Source: a virus (taxonomy: Duplodnaviria; Caudoviricetes). From it: a stretch of 43,674 bases of DNA. Under the pieces are notes generated by a model that saw only the letters and a program-made list of their open reading frames with translations, was not told the origin of the DNA and ran no database searches. Shown here one piece after another: positions 42,970 through 43,674 of this stretch; position 1 is the first letter of the stretch, and each line of letters begins with the position of its first letter. The stretch is from positions 1 through 43,674 of IMG/VR virus record IMGVR_UViG_3300042535_000001. One strand, written 5' to 3'. The translations under genes were made by a program, and so were the position numbers.

Positions 42970-43674
42970 TTATTCTCCTTTTATAGTTTTTTCTAATTGC
43001 CTAATAACGTCACGCCCGTAATCGTTTCTAGTTTTTTCAATGAACTCTTTAACTGTGTAGGTGTCGTTTTCTAAGTCAATACCATTATTTTTAGCAAACG
43101 ACACACGACCCATTTCGCACGAACCTGTTAATTTATTGTGCCATTCAAAGAATTTTTGTGCAGAATATTTATCAACTAGGTTAAATTCTTTTAAAAATGC
43201 TTCGATTCTTTCTTCTGTAGTCATTCCATCAAACAATTTTTCTTGCAACGACTCCATAGCTTTATGCAAGTTTTCGCCATGAGCAAACATATTATTGCTT
43301 TTAACAACTACACAAGGAGTTAAAGTTAAATCATTGTTTAAAATAAACCCTCTTGCAACGTTTTTTTTAAGTTGTTTAATAATAGTTGGTACATCGTCAA
43401 TTGAGTGAATTTTATCTCCGTTTATTAATTGTACTCCATCGCCAGAGCCAGAGCCATCGCCAGAGCCATAGCCAGAGCCATCGCCAGAGCCAGAGCCATA
43501 GCCATCGCCATAGCCAGAGCCATCGCCAGAGCCATCGCCAGAGCCAGAGCCATAGCCATCGCCATAGCCAGAGCCATAGCCAGAGCCATAGCCAGAGCCA
43601 TAGCCATCGCCATAGCCAGAGCCATCGCCAGAGCCATCGCCAGAGCCAGAGTTAACTTTTAAAAATTCGTCTAT
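42970..43674 (-). CDS. Gly-repeat protein (GSG/GDG/GYG tract then a conserved globular domain); starts at position 136 across the junction
   Basis: The frame is open from the window end through the repeat into ...HSIDDVPTII...FAHGE.L..A...FFEWHNKLTGSCEMGR..F. The tracked 106-aa ORF is only its C-terminus. Confidence 0.85.
   Translation of the reverse strand: MDEFLKVNSGSGDGSGDGSGYGDGYGSGYGSGYGSGYGDGYGSGSGDGSGDGSGYGDGYGSGSGDGSGYGSGDGSGSGDGVQLINGDKIHSIDDVPTIIKQLKKNVARGFILNNDLTLTPCVVVKSNNMFAHGENLHKAMESLQEKLFDGMTTEERIEAFLKEFNLVDKYSAQKFFEWHNKLTGSCEMGRVSFAKNNGIDLENDTYTVKEFIEKTRNDYGRDVIRQLEKTIKGE
43435..43651 (-). repeat. Coding hexamer tandem repeat GGC-(TCT|GAT|TAT), about 36 units
   Basis: The plus strand is built from gccaga / gccatc / gccata units. 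Confidence 0.95.

Noticed and set aside
43435-43651. CRISPR array or telomere-like repeat
   Set aside because: It consists of 6-bp units with no spacers and is coding.
43386-43662. ORFs reading HSQSHRQ, ARAIARA and MALAMAL
   Set aside because: These are alternative frames of the hexamer repeat. Only the Gly-X frame joins a start with coupling to a conserved domain.
43548-43674. 127-bp terminal repeat as a biological DTR
   Set aside because: The length matches a typical assembler k-mer, and it lies inside a coding microsatellite rather than near terS, so it most likely reflects circular assembly.

Overview
This looks like an essentially complete circular genome (about 43,547 bp) of a short-tailed (podovirus-like) dsDNA phage, probably infecting a Clostridia-like Firmicute. 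Bases 1-127 are identical to 43548-43674, which fits an assembler k-mer overlap. Nearly all genes are on the minus strand. In reading order they are: an early recombination/replication block (AbrB-like regulator, Gly-repeat protein, SbcC-like ATPase, RecT, MBL nuclease, RHH, initiator with internal iterons, helicase loader, multi-TRD C5 methyltransferase, YopX, RuvC-like, MazG-like, ASCH, SSB); a small plus-strand cassette of tiny ORFs plus an HTH; packaging and head genes (terS, terL split by a group I intron with a GIY-YIG endonuclease, portal, phage Prp protease, scaffold, N4-gp56-type capsid); adaptor, nozzle and fibre; ejection proteins, including a 2755-aa polyvalent protein with three ART-like domains; lysis genes; and a separately regulated accessory operon. 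That operon has a GerE/LuxR-like HTH, four 11-bp-phased repeats, a Gly-rich/QN-rich coiled-coil CCC protein, a small beta protein and a ferritin-like protein, and it is my best candidate for an undescribed system. A GTGNAAAAWR-N16-(-10) promoter motif recurs before four late operons, with a near-copy inside the intron. I recognised no integrase, tRNA, CRISPR array or reverse transcriptase. All family calls come from reading motifs by eye, not from database searches.
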